Of a DNA stretch of 57,518 nt, positions 20,614-33,472 are shown piece after piece. How positions within the stretch are numbered: the stretch's first letter is position 1; each line of letters starts with the position of its first letter. Source of the DNA: a virus (lineage: Duplodnaviria; Heunggongvirae; Uroviricota; Caudoviricetes); IMG/VR virus record IMGVR_UViG_2861048470_000006. One strand, written 5' to 3'. A model generated the notes under the pieces. That model ran no database searches and was not told where the DNA came from. It was given only the letters and a program-made list of their open reading frames with translations. The position numbers and the translations under genes are program-made.

Positions 20614-21913
20614 TTACACTGGTGTGTTCAGCAAATCGTTAACGGCATCAGATGCCGGGTTACCTGCAGCCAGCGGTGCCGGTGCCCCCTGCATCAGACG
20701 ATCCAGCGCAGTGTCACTGCGCGCCTGTGCACTCTGTGGTGCTGCGGCCAGAATGCGGCGGGCCGTTTCCACGGTCATACCGGGGGTTTCTGCCAGCACG
20801 CGCGCCTGTTCTTCGCGTCCGTGAGCCTCCTCACAGTTGAGGATCCCCATAATGCGGCTGTTTTCTGCCGCAACCGCTGCAGTGATCTGCGCGTTCACGT
20901 CCGGCTGCGCCGCGCTGGCGTTTTCGCCCTCCGTCGCTGGCACCACGTCAGTAACGTCAGCCTGCGAAGCAGTGGCTGAAACAGTTGTTGATTGAGTCTC
21001 TTTGGTCATTCGCCCTCCTGAGAGACGGGATTTATGTGCATCCAGTGCATCACGCATGACGGTGATCGCATCGGTGCTGTTAACAAGTTCATCAGCCAGT
21101 CCGGCATCAATGGCCTCCTGACCGCTGTACACTGCAGCCTCGGTATCCAGCACAGCCTGCACAGACAGGCCGGTATATGCCGACACCTTCTGCGCAAACA
21201 TCTGGCGGGTTGCGTCCATCCGGGACTGCAGTGTCTCCCGGACGTCATCCGGAAGATGGCTGTAAGGATTGCCATCCACCTTATGGCTGCCGCTGTAAAT
21301 CAGCGTGATTTCCACGCCCTGTTTCTCCAGGGCAGCACCGTAATTACTGTGAGCCATCATGACGCCGATGGAGCCTGTCCGGGCGGTCTGCGTGACCAGA
21401 CGCCGGGAGGCGGCACTGGCAAGCAGCTGACCTGCACTGCAGTTCATGTCGTTGGCCAGCGCCCATACCGGTTTTATGTCACGCACACGGGCGATGATGT
21501 CAGCGCAGTCAAATGCCCCCGCCACCATTCCGCCTGGCGTGTCCATATCGAGCAGAATGCCGTCCACCATCGGGTCGCTGGCAGCCTGTTGCAGACGGGC
21601 GATAATGCCGTTGTAACCGGTCATCCCCGAGTACGGCTGCAGCGCCCGCGTCCGGCTGACCAGCGTGCCGGAAACCGACAGCACGGCGATGCCGTTCATG
21701 ACCTGATAACTGCGGGCCTGTCGTGGTCCGTCATCATCACCGGATAACGCCAGCGTCGCGAGTGTCTCCTGGGCAGTCAGGCTGTCACCGGACACCGCAT
21801 CCGTCAGGCGGCTGATCCCAAGCTGGCCTGCAAGCGCACAAAAGAAAACCCGCGCATAGGCGGGTTCAAGCATCAGCGGCTCATTAAAGGCCATACTGGC
21901 AATATGCGGGAGA

Positions 21914-21933
<20 letters not shown>
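20614..21933 (-). CDS. C: prohead protease / scaffold C (Nu3 nested in frame in 3' portion); apparent GTG start
   Basis: track ORF extends upstream, but lambda gpC alignment begins at VTAELRNLPHIAS (GTG at 21931-21933), 20 bp inside the end of B as in lambda. Confidence 0.8.
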
Positions 21934-25614
<3,681 letters not shown>

Positions 25615-25640
<26 letters not shown>

Positions 25641-26160
25641 TCAGCAACCCCGGTATCAGTTCATCCAGCGCGGCTGCTTTGTTCATGGCTTTGATGATAT
25701 CCCGTTTCAGGAAATCAACATGTCGGTTTTCCAGTTCCGGAAAACGCCGCTGCACCGACAGGGGGATCCCGTCGAGAATACTGGCAATTTCACCTGCGAT
25801 CCGCGACAACACGAAAGTACAGAATGCGGTTTCCACCACTTCAGCGGAGTCTCTGGCATTCTTCAGTTCCTGTGCGTCGGCCTGCGCACGCGTAAGTCGA
25901 TGGCGTTCGTACTCAATAGTCCCTGGCTGGAGATCTGCCTCGCTGGCCTGCCGCAGTTCTTCAACCTCCCGGCGCAGCTTTTCGTTCTCAATTTCAGCAT
26001 CCCTTTCGGCATACCATTTTATGACGGCGGCAGAGTCATAAAGCACCTCATTACCCTTGCCACCGCCTCGCAGAACGGGCATTCCCTGTTCCTGCCAGTT
26101 CTGAATGGTACGGATACTCGCGCCGAAAATGTCAGCCAGCTGCTTTTTGTTGACTTCCAT
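25615..26160 (-). CDS. Nu1: terminase small subunit Nu1
   Basis: 181-aa ORF starting MEVNKKQLADIFGASIRTIQNWQEQGMP. Confidence 0.95.
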
Positions 26161-26337
26161 TGTTCATTCCACGGACAAAAACAGAGAAAGGAAACGACAG
26201 AGGCCAAAAAGCCCGTTTTCAGCACCTGTCGTTTCCTTTCTTTTCAGGGGGTGTTTTAAATAAAAACATTAAGTTACGACGAAGAAGAACGGAAACGCCT
26301 TAAACCGGAAAATTTTCATAAATAGCGAAAACCCGAG

Positions 26338-26349
26338 AGGTCGCCGCCC
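26338..26349 (-). other. cos cohesive-end site (cosN 12-nt overhang GGGCGGCGACCT), uncut in the prophage
   Basis: reverse complement of 26320-26349 is GGGCGGCGACCTCTCGGGTTTTCGCTATTT, one mismatch to the lambda left end as recalled; 178 bp upstream of Nu1. Confidence 0.8.
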
Positions 26350-26548
26350 CGTAACCTGTCGGATCGCCGGAAAGGACCCGCAAAATGATAATAATTATCA
26401 TCTACATGTCACAACGTGCATCTACGCCATCAAACCACGTCAAATAATCAATTATGACGCAGGTATCGTATTAATTGATCTGCATCAACTTAACGTAAAA
26501 ACAACTTCAGACAATACAAATCAGCGACACTGAATACGGGGCAACCTC

Positions 26549-26743
26549 ATGTCAACGAAGAACAGAACCCGCAGAACAACAACCCGCAACATCCGCTTTC
26601 CTAACCAAATGATTGAACAAATTAACATCGCTCTTGAGCAAAAAGGGTCTGGGAATTTCTCAGCCTGGGTCATTGAAGCCTGCCGTCGGAGACTAACGTC
26701 AGAAAAGAGAGCATATACATCAATCCAAAGTGATGATGAATAA
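26549..26743 (+). CDS. small basic protein, YlcI-like (DUF3950) candidate
   Basis: 64-aa ORF in cos-proximal region, same position and size as ylcI in DLP12 as recalled; family assignment from memory. Confidence 0.4.
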   Translation: MSTKNRTRRTTTRNIRFPNQMIEQINIALEQKGSGNFSAWVIEACRRRLTSEKRAYTSIQSDDE

Positions 26744-27103
26744 ACATCCCGGTTTCTTCCACCATCGCACCGGAAAAGCGACTATGAGGGTAACCCTGCG
26801 TCTGTCAGCACAGTAAAACCCGGTGTGCATCGTTTTTGATTATTCCCGCACACTCACGCAGAAGGAATTCCCCGTCGGGCTACGGTCATGGTTAATGCGG
26901 GAATACGGCGACGATACAGCGCAGCTAAAAGGGTAATGGACAGATAGAGCGGTTTATTTCATTCCACAGGATTCTGAGTGCCCCCCCTCCTCCAATAGGC
27001 TGAGCATCCACCTATATAGTTTTAATTTTCATCAATCCATTTAACTATCGTTTAATTGTTGTCACATAGGATTCTGCCGTTTTTAACAATGCAGGATAAT
27101 AAG

Positions 27104-27397
27104 ATGAAAAAAATGTTGTTTTCTGCCGCTCTGGCAATGCTTATTACAGGATGTGCTCAACAGACGTTTACTGTTGGAAACAAACCGACAGCAGTAACAC
27201 CAAAGGAAACCATCACCCATCATTTCTTCGTTTCGGGAATTGGACAGGAGAAAACTGTTGATGCAGCCAAAATTTGTGGCGGCGCAGAAAATGTTGTTAA
27301 AACAGAAACCCAGCAAACATTCGTAAATGGATTTCTCGGTTTTATTACTTTAGGCATTTATACTCCGCTGGAAGCGCGTGTGTATTGCTCACAATAA
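27104..27397 (+). CDS. bor: Bor lipoprotein (serum-resistance, Iss-like)
   Basis: MKKMLFSAALAMLITGCAQQTFTV... lipobox LITGC; near-identity to lambda Bor; opposite strand to late genes as in lambda; start at ATG 27104 with AGGA RBS. Confidence 0.9.
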   Translation: MKKMLFSAALAMLITGCAQQTFTVGNKPTAVTPKETITHHFFVSGIGQEKTVDAAKICGGAENVVKTETQQTFVNGFLGFITLGIYTPLEARVYCSQ

Positions 27398-27568
27398 CTG
27401 CATGAGTTGCCCATCAAACGGGCAACTCTTTCTACTTTGTTCCTCCCCCCCGGAAACGGCGGAAGTAAGAAATTATGTCATCGAATGATCACAAACATAG
27501 AATTTCATGCTTTCCGGACGCAAGTGACCCCTTCATTTTTCAGCAAAATATTCTGCTCTTACAGGCGA

Positions 27569-27751
27569 TCAGTTCTGCATACACTGCCGAACACCGTCGA
27601 CAATTTCACAGACCTGAGAAGCCGTATCGAAAAGCTGGCGCGCTTTATCCAGGCTGACGCATCCCACCAAGAAAAAAGGCACCAGTATCGCTACCAGTGC
27701 CCATTTCGCCGCCGTTCGCGGCATTCTGTGTGTCCAGTGTTTTCGCGTCAT
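27569..27751 (-). CDS. small lipoprotein (signal peptide with lipobox LVGC), function unknown
   Basis: 60-aa ORF; N-terminal basic n-region, hydrophobic core, LVGC lipobox; start overlaps preceding small ORF (TGATATG). Confidence 0.5.
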   Translation of the reverse strand: MTRKHWTHRMPRTAAKWALVAILVPFFLVGCVSLDKARQLFDTASQVCEIVDGVRQCMQN

Positions 27752-27752
27752 A

Positions 27753-27866
27753 TCACCACCAACGCACAGCCCAAATCAGAACAGCGACCGCCACAAGGCG
27801 AATTGCAAAGGCCGCAGCCCTTGTCAAATCAAGGCTCGCGGGAGTTTCCACTTCAATACCTTTCAT
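27753..27866 (-). CDS. candidate 37-aa single-TM peptide (MKGIEVETPASLDLTRAAAFAIRLVAVAVLIWAVRWW)
   Basis: hand-translated sub-60-aa ORF immediately upstream of and overlapping the lipoprotein gene; no RBS check beyond a GAGG 9 nt upstream. Confidence 0.3.
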   Translation of the reverse strand: MKGIEVETPASLDLTRAAAFAIRLVAVAVLIWAVRWW

Positions 27867-27951
27867 AATGGACAACCTCAAAAAGAATCTTTTATACTTT
27901 CCCACGAGGATTTTCTCCGTACTCACTACTCACAATTTCCTCTTTGACGTG

Positions 27952-27992
27952 AAAACTAAAAACCCCGGACTGTTCCAGCAGCCGGGGTTTTT
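27952..27992. terminator. GC hairpin flanked by A-run and T-run (possible bidirectional intrinsic terminator) downstream of endolysin gene
   Basis: aaaaCCCCGG-13 nt-CCGGGGttttt; coordinates approximate. Confidence 0.4.
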
Positions 27993-28085
27993 GCTATCTG
28001 ATGCTGTACCCCTTACTTTCGCTCATCGTAACCCCAGAAAAGAGCCTGCGTGAGTTGAGGGTGTTCAGCACTTCAGCGTCAGTTT

Positions 28086-28652
28086 TTAAACTGCTACGCG
28101 CTCTTTCATCCAGCCGTAGACAAACGACTCGTTGGCCTCGCGTTTTTCTGCCAGCTCCAGATAGCGGTCGCCCTGCGTGCAATTCAGCGCCTTCAGCATC
28201 ACCAGTTCGCCGTCTTTGCCGCGTTTTTGCAGATAAGTCCGTAGTGCATTAATCGTGCGGGGGCCGATACGCCCGTCTGCGTCCATATCCGGGAACAATT
28301 TGCCTTGCAGGTTGAAAACGTTCAGCCAGCGTTGGAGCATTTTCGATGCTACGGACGGCCCCATATTCACACCGGTATCACACAACTCTGCAGCAATATC
28401 AGAGGATAATGCGGCCACCTGATCAAAGCGTGGTCCGAACCAGTAATCCGCCTCAAGGATTTCCAGTGCCTGTTCGCGTGTCAGGTCACGCATATCGCCC
28501 TGATATCCGTGAGCGCGGGCGACTTTTTCCGTAATACCCCATTTTGTCGGTCCGCCTTTATCATCCGGGTGATTGACGTAACCGCCCTCTTTTCCCAGAA
28601 CTTCGTCAAAAATTTCATCTTTCGACTTCATATCAGCGTCTTCGTAATACAA
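28086..28652 (-). CDS. endolysin, glycoside hydrolase family 108-type N-domain with C-terminal peptidoglycan-binding domain
   Basis: 188-aa ORF with EGGY motif (VLGKEGGYVNHPDDKGGPTKWGIT) characteristic of GH108/COG3926; follows holin. Confidence 0.7.
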   Translation of the reverse strand: MYYEDADMKSKDEIFDEVLGKEGGYVNHPDDKGGPTKWGITEKVARAHGYQGDMRDLTREQALEILEADYWFGPRFDQVAALSSDIAAELCDTGVNMGPSVASKMLQRWLNVFNLQGKLFPDMDADGRIGPRTINALRTYLQKRGKDGELVMLKALNCTQGDRYLELAEKREANESFVYGWMKERVAV

Positions 28653-28965
28653 AGATTTTTGAAACGTTCCCGCGTGCGCGAATAACCAACACGCAGAACA
28701 GCAGATTAAGCCCCACCGCCAGCCAGTTCGCCGCTAACGGGCGACCGCACAGATAACTGAGTGGTGCAAAGGCATAAAGCAGCATCAGCAGCCAGGCCAG
28801 CCATGACATCAACGGTTTATGTCTGGAATCACGACGACGATAAAAAAAGAGCGTCAGCACGATAACCGTGCATAACGCCACATTCAGCAATCCGGGAAGG
28901 TTACTTAACATTGCCGCCTCCTCCGCCCCGCAGACGGGAGAACAGACCGGACACCAGTGATGCAA
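28633..28965 (-). CDS. small multi-TM membrane protein between holin and endolysin (possible antiholin/lysis accessory)
   Basis: 110-aa track ORF, three hydrophobic segments; real start may be internal ATG at 28911. Confidence 0.4.
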   Translation of the reverse strand: MHHWCPVCSPVCGAEEAAMLSNLPGLLNVALCTVIVLTLFFYRRRDSRHKPLMSWLAWLLMLLYAFAPLSYLCGRPLAANWLAVGLNLLFCVLVIRARGNVSKIFVLRRR

Positions 28966-29293
28966 TATCCTGCTGGTGGATGAACGAGAGAATCTTCACC
29001 GACACCACTGACACCAGTACTGCACACAATGCGTCGACAGGTGCACCGTCAAACTCTGTATGCTTTACCAGCCAGGATGCCAGAACTTCTGCCCCCAGCA
29101 CACCAACAATGAACGACACCAGAAAATGTGCCGCCACACGCCAGGCTGAAAGCGCCTGCGGCATCGTTGCCACAAATAACGCCCCGGCAAAGGCACCAAA
29201 CACAATCCCGAAATCCGTTCCGGTAAACAGCCCGTACACCGTCGCCCCGCCGAGCGCTGCAGCCGTGCCGGAACCGGATAAGGGTTCAGACAT
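28901..29293 (-). CDS. putative holin (multi-TM small membrane protein)
   Basis: start set at MSEPLSG (ATG 29293) with AGGAG RBS 7 nt upstream; hydrophobic segments; first gene of lysis cassette after terminator. Confidence 0.55.
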   Translation of the reverse strand: MSEPLSGSGTAAALGGATVYGLFTGTDFGIVFGAFAGALFVATMPQALSAWRVAAHFLVSFIVGVLGAEVLASWLVKHTEFDGAPVDALCAVLVSVVSVKILSFIHQQDIASLVSGLFSRLRGGGGGNVK

Positions 29294-29308
29294 ACTTTTT
29301 CTCCTGTA

Positions 29309-29333
29309 AATAAAAAAGGGCCACCAGCGGCCC
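29309..29333 (-). terminator. intrinsic terminator-like hairpin immediately upstream of holin (tR'-like candidate)
   Basis: minus strand GGGCC-6 nt-GGCCC followed by UUUUUUAUU; coordinates approximate. Confidence 0.5.
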
Positions 29334-29650
29334 GTAAAAAAACACCCCGTGAAAGGCACCCGCAGATACCTTTTATGTGGTGTTATCTGATGTGATATGC
29401 GCCTGACGTGGCTCGGAGAAAATGAAATAAAGCTTATCTGAAATTAAGGTTAATCCGGGGGTTTAAACCATTTTTAAAGCTTAGTAATATCAAATCGTCT
29501 CCTGGAGGAGACTGATGCTTATTCTTCTTCACGGACTTTGTCCCGCGGCGTTAATCCGACAGCCGCGCTTTTTTTGCGCTCAGTTCATTATTGGCTTTCA
29601 TGGCCTTGCCACACGGGTAATATCAATGCCCGTGTATTCTTTTCTGAGTT

Positions 29651-29682
29651 CAGAATAAAAAAAACCGCCCGGAACGGCGGTT
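29651..29682 (-). terminator. intrinsic terminator (minus strand)
   Basis: AACCGCC-6 nt-GGCGGTT stem followed on minus strand by U8 run; coordinates approximate. Confidence 0.55.
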
Positions 29683-30040
29683 GAAAAATGCCAGAGATGA
29701 ATCATTTTTGTAGTAGAAAAACAGAGGTGTCGGGTGCCCCCCGAAGTATCCATCTCTCCATGAATACTGTGGTTTCCCGCTAAACAGTTACATAAACCAC
29801 CCTCGCACTGAGGAACACCTCTGTAGTGTTATTTACAACACCGGGATAGTGCATCATCGGCCCCTGTCAGGAAATGCTCAATTTCCACCGATAATGCACC
29901 ATTCCAGTGGTGTAAAAAACAGCACTGTGGCTATAACCGACCTCAAATCACAGCCAGAAAACAGAATGCCTTTTAAAAACAACCTGCTCCCACGCAATAA
30001 AAAATACGCCAGTGCAACGATACAATAAGGCTTGTTTCTC

Positions 30041-30115
<75 letters not shown>

Positions 30116-30118
30116 ATA

Positions 30119-30194
<76 letters not shown>

Positions 30195-30362
30195 ACAGGT
30201 TCCTCAAGAGAAATAAAAATGACCGCGCTTACATCCCCTTCGGAACCGGGTACCGATATTAATAATGCCAGCTCTCTTTTCAATGGAAAATCATATCAAG
30301 ATTTGTAAATATACGTATATATTTTTATTTTTTATGAAATAAAGAAATTATTAAATGCATAT

Positions 30363-31409
30363 TTAACGATTATTTTTTATTTCAGTTACAGTCTGATTAA
30401 ATCTCTCTTCTTCCAGTTCCACGCCAATTGCGCGACGTCCCAGTGAAAGTGCTGCTTTTATTGTTGAGCCAGACCCCATAAAAAAATCAGCGACCAAATC
30501 ACCGGGGCGACTGCTGGCAGTAATTATCTGACGCAACATATCTGCCGGTTTTTCACAGGGATGTTTGCCTGGATAATACTGCACAGGCTTGTGCGTCCAG
30601 ACATCCGTATACGGAACAGCAGCTGATACGGAAAAATAACGCCGCAGGGATTTATACTCCTCCTGCAGGCTGGCATATTGCCGGTTCAGTTCACTGTATG
30701 TGCTGACCAGCTGGTGGTGCGGCTTTTCCAGCTCCCCGCGCTGGTGTTTTTCTGCTGCAACACGCGCGAACAGCGCCTGAAGTTTTTTGTAATCAGCCTC
30801 GTTCGGCAACTGCCACTGACTGGCACCAAACCAGTGTGACGCCATGTTTTTCTTTCCGGTGGCTTCCGCTATCTGTTTTGATGTTATTCCCAGAGATTCT
30901 CGCGCATCACGAAAGTAAGAAATCAGCGGGGCCATGACGCACTGTTTAAGCTCGCGCCCCTTTGCCGCATAGCCGTCATTTTTGGGCTGGTATGGCCCCT
31001 GATAATGTTCAGCAAACAGAATGCGCTCTGTTGCCGGGAAATACGCCCGCAGGCTTTCCTTGTTGCATCCGTTCCAGCGTCCGGACGGCTTCGCCCAGAT
31101 AATGTGGTTCAGCACATTAAAGCGTTCACGCATCATGATTTCGATATCAGATGCCAGGCGATGCCCACAGAACAGGTAAAGGCTTCCGGCAGGTTTCAAC
31201 ACCCGCCAGAACTGGGCCAGACAGTGGTCCAGCCACTTAAGGTAATCTTCGTCCCCTTTCCACTGATTGTCCCAACCGTTGGGTTTCACCTTGAAGTAAG
31301 GCGGATCGGTAACAATCAGGTCAATGGAATCATCAGGCAGGGACTGAATAAAATGCAGGCAATCAGCGTTGATTAAATCAACACTGTTTATTTTTACAGT
31401 ATTTTTCAT
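30363..31409 (-). CDS. orphan DNA methyltransferase (N6-adenine/N4-cytosine class, DPPY motif)
   Basis: 348-aa ORF; motif IV DPPY near N-terminus (DLIVTDPPYF) and FxGxG SAM-binding motif near C-terminus (FFMGSGST), beta-class order; no adjacent restriction gene. Confidence 0.8.
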   Translation of the reverse strand: MKNTVKINSVDLINADCLHFIQSLPDDSIDLIVTDPPYFKVKPNGWDNQWKGDEDYLKWLDHCLAQFWRVLKPAGSLYLFCGHRLASDIEIMMRERFNVLNHIIWAKPSGRWNGCNKESLRAYFPATERILFAEHYQGPYQPKNDGYAAKGRELKQCVMAPLISYFRDARESLGITSKQIAEATGKKNMASHWFGASQWQLPNEADYKKLQALFARVAAEKHQRGELEKPHHQLVSTYSELNRQYASLQEEYKSLRRYFSVSAAVPYTDVWTHKPVQYYPGKHPCEKPADMLRQIITASSRPGDLVADFFMGSGSTIKAALSLGRRAIGVELEEERFNQTVTEIKNNR

Positions 31410-31558
31410 GGATCAGTAAGCGTAACTCTGGTAGGCTCACTCTGCTTTTGCGCTAAAGCAGTGGGCCGTGGTTCGCTTGTGACCAGTAAGCATGAGCGAA
31501 TGGCTGGCAGGTGCTACCAACACCCACCAGCCGCCCATTTTCACAAATTAAAAGCCCT

Positions 31559-31777
31559 TCATTGCTGAAGACGTCTGTAACAGCCGAACTGGTAATCTGC
31601 CAGCCCCGCCATAACCAACTGGGTCAGTATTAACTGACAGCGTTCGCGTGAAAGGTATGTGTTTTGTGCAATCTCCCCGACTGTTGCCGGTTCGATGCTT
31701 AATTCATTAAAAACAACTTTCGCCGTTTCTGTCATATCTTGCTGTTTTAGCATGTCTTTTTCCCTTCTGGTTAACAT
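31559..31777 (-). CDS. small hypothetical protein, possible winged-helix DNA-binding
   Basis: 72-aa ORF upstream of methyltransferase; no motif recognised with confidence. Confidence 0.35.
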   Translation of the reverse strand: MLTRREKDMLKQQDMTETAKVVFNELSIEPATVGEIAQNTYLSRERCQLILTQLVMAGLADYQFGCYRRLQQ

Positions 31778-31875
31778 GACATACCAATAACTCTTGTCTA
31801 AAAAGCCAGCAAGATAAAAAGTCAGTATTCACTACCACCAGCGTGTTTACCGTACTGCACCAAGTTTACAGGTAC

Positions 31876-31901
31876 AAAAAAACCCGCTCGACGGCGGGTT
31901 T
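31876..31901 (-). terminator. intrinsic terminator (minus strand) at the distal edge of the 427-aa gene moron
   Basis: AAACCCGC-6 nt-GCGGGTTT stem followed on minus strand by U7; coordinates approximate. Confidence 0.45.
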
Positions 31902-32009
31902 AAGCTGTGTGGCGAAGTAACCACTCTTAACAGATTACAAGAATTTTTGCGTACGCGTTAATTTTTTTGTATTTTTCTCATTACACAACATATAAACCCT
32001 ATGTAAAAA

Positions 32010-33293
32010 ATGACAGCAGAAATAGCCGTATTTAACAAGACCGCAGTAGCTTTAGCCGCAGATTCAGCTGTAACGATTTCTGGAGGCGGCAAACATAAAA
32101 TCTATAATGGCGCTGAAAAGCTTTTCGCTCTCACTAAACATCATCCTGTAGGTTTGATGGTATATGGAACTGGTGATCTCTGCACAGCTCCATGGGAGCT
32201 TATCATTAAGGCTTATAGAAAGGATTTAGGCTCTAAATGTTTTGACTCTTTGGAGGAATATGCTGAGGATTTCTTCAATTATCTACAGTCAGCTAAATCA
32301 ATCATCACACCAGGTATGCGTGAGGCTCATCTTTATCACTTCCTGAGCGAGATTGTATTCAGCATGCTTGTTGATGCTTTTTCTGAAGGTCTCGAACCAA
32401 CATATCTCGTTAACTTCGATAAGAATCAATTTGTTACAGACCTCACGAATTATTGCAACGATCTCCTTACAAAATTATCTGATATTAATTACTTTGATGG
32501 TTTTACTCCGGATGATGAACAAGCAGCCCAAACCTATGCTTCATCAATTACCCAACGCATCATTGCTCAAAAGTTTAGTGACTTTGATTCAATATCCATA
32601 ACTCCACAGTTGACAAAAGCAGTTAGTGATGTATTGGCAGCTATGATATGCAAGCAAAGTGATATTGGTTCCGTCTCTGGGATTGTGATTGCAGGTTATG
32701 GCGATAAAGACTATTACCCTAAAGTATTATCATATGAAGTTTGTGGCTTCTTTAATGATAAAATAAGGAAAACCACAGATGCTGACAAGTGCTGCATCAC
32801 TCCTAATTGCGGCGTGACTCCCTTTGCGCAAGAGGATGAAGTTTCTGCTTTCATGCAAGGAGCTAGTTCACATCTTATCCAAAATCTTCATGCTGAGTAT
32901 CAACGTTCTATCGGCGATTTACTTGATGGTATTGATTCAGTAATCACAGATTTGGTGCCCACTTCAGATATCGAAGGAGCCAAGGATGCTATAGTTGATG
33001 TAGTGCGCAGAACTGTTTCCGATTGCAAGGGGCGAATTGATAGCTTTGTCCGAGAAAACTATGTTGACAAAGTCGTAAATATGATCGAGTTTTTACCCAA
33101 GCAAGATTTAGCTTATATGGCTGAATCATTAGTAAATTTAACCGCTTTCAAGCGCAAGGTCTCCGATGATACTGAAACAGTGGGAGGCCCCATAGATGTT
33201 GCAATCATTTCTAAAGCTGATGGTTTTATCTGGGTTAAACGTAAGCACTATTTTGCAAAAGAACTGAACCATCACTACTTTTCACGGTCATAG
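32010..33293 (+). CDS. 427-aa protein with N-terminal HslV/proteasome-beta-like Ntn-hydrolase region (Thr2) and uncharacterised C-terminal half
   Basis: N-terminus MTAEIAVFNKTAVALAADSAVT aligns position-for-position with HslV [21 protein letters not shown] as recalled; GxGD-like segment GLMVYGTGDL; lower GC than flanks; opposite strand to phage late genes. Confidence 0.5.
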   Translation: MTAEIAVFNKTAVALAADSAVTISGGGKHKIYNGAEKLFALTKHHPVGLMVYGTGDLCTAPWELIIKAYRKDLGSKCFDSLEEYAEDFFNYLQSAKSIITPGMREAHLYHFLSEIVFSMLVDAFSEGLEPTYLVNFDKNQFVTDLTNYCNDLLTKLSDINYFDGFTPDDEQAAQTYASSITQRIIAQKFSDFDSISITPQLTKAVSDVLAAMICKQSDIGSVSGIVIAGYGDKDYYPKVLSYEVCGFFNDKIRKTTDADKCCITPNCGVTPFAQEDEVSAFMQGASSHLIQNLHAEYQRSIGDLLDGIDSVITDLVPTSDIEGAKDAIVDVVRRTVSDCKGRIDSFVRENYVDKVVNMIEFLPKQDLAYMAESLVNLTAFKRKVSDDTETVGGPIDVAIISKADGFIWVKRKHYFAKELNHHYFSRS

Positions 33294-33316
33294 CAACAAA
33301 TAGACAAGGGGAACAC

Positions 33317-33466
33317 ATGTCACTTAAGCAAGCCTATGAAAGAACTCAACCCAAAAGCATCAATGATTTCTTTCAGTTGAGTACTTCTGGAAAGAGTCGA
33401 CGTACTGTAACAAGCCAATCTAACTTCTTTACTAAATTGAACAAAACATTACCTGCACAATCCTAA
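33317..33466 (+). CDS. candidate 49-aa ORF co-oriented with the 427-aa gene
   Basis: hand-translated (MSLKQAYERTQPKSINDFFQLSTSGKSRRTVTSQSNFFTKLNKTLPAQS); AAGGGG RBS 6 nt upstream; 23 bp after 427-aa stop. Confidence 0.3.
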   Translation: MSLKQAYERTQPKSINDFFQLSTSGKSRRTVTSQSNFFTKLNKTLPAQS

Positions 33467-33472
33467 AATGCT

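Noticed and set aside
21034-21747. 237-aa plus-strand ORF antisense to C
   Set aside because: Nested antisense to the prohead protease gene; compositionally biased.
27753-28086. Canonical Rz/Rz1 spanin pair downstream of the endolysin
   Set aside because: No ~150-aa N-in type II membrane ORF with an embedded or overlapping lipoprotein frame was found. Only a 37-aa TM peptide and a separate 60-aa lipoprotein are present, so a spanin call would be speculation.
29360-30040. Shiga toxin or other toxin cargo between the phage tRNAs and the holin (the stx slot of Stx phages)
   Set aside because: No ORF of 60 aa or more on either strand and no signal-peptide A/B-subunit pair. Only hairpins and a possible 47-aa plus-strand ORF (29515-29658) that is antisense to late transcription and unsupported.
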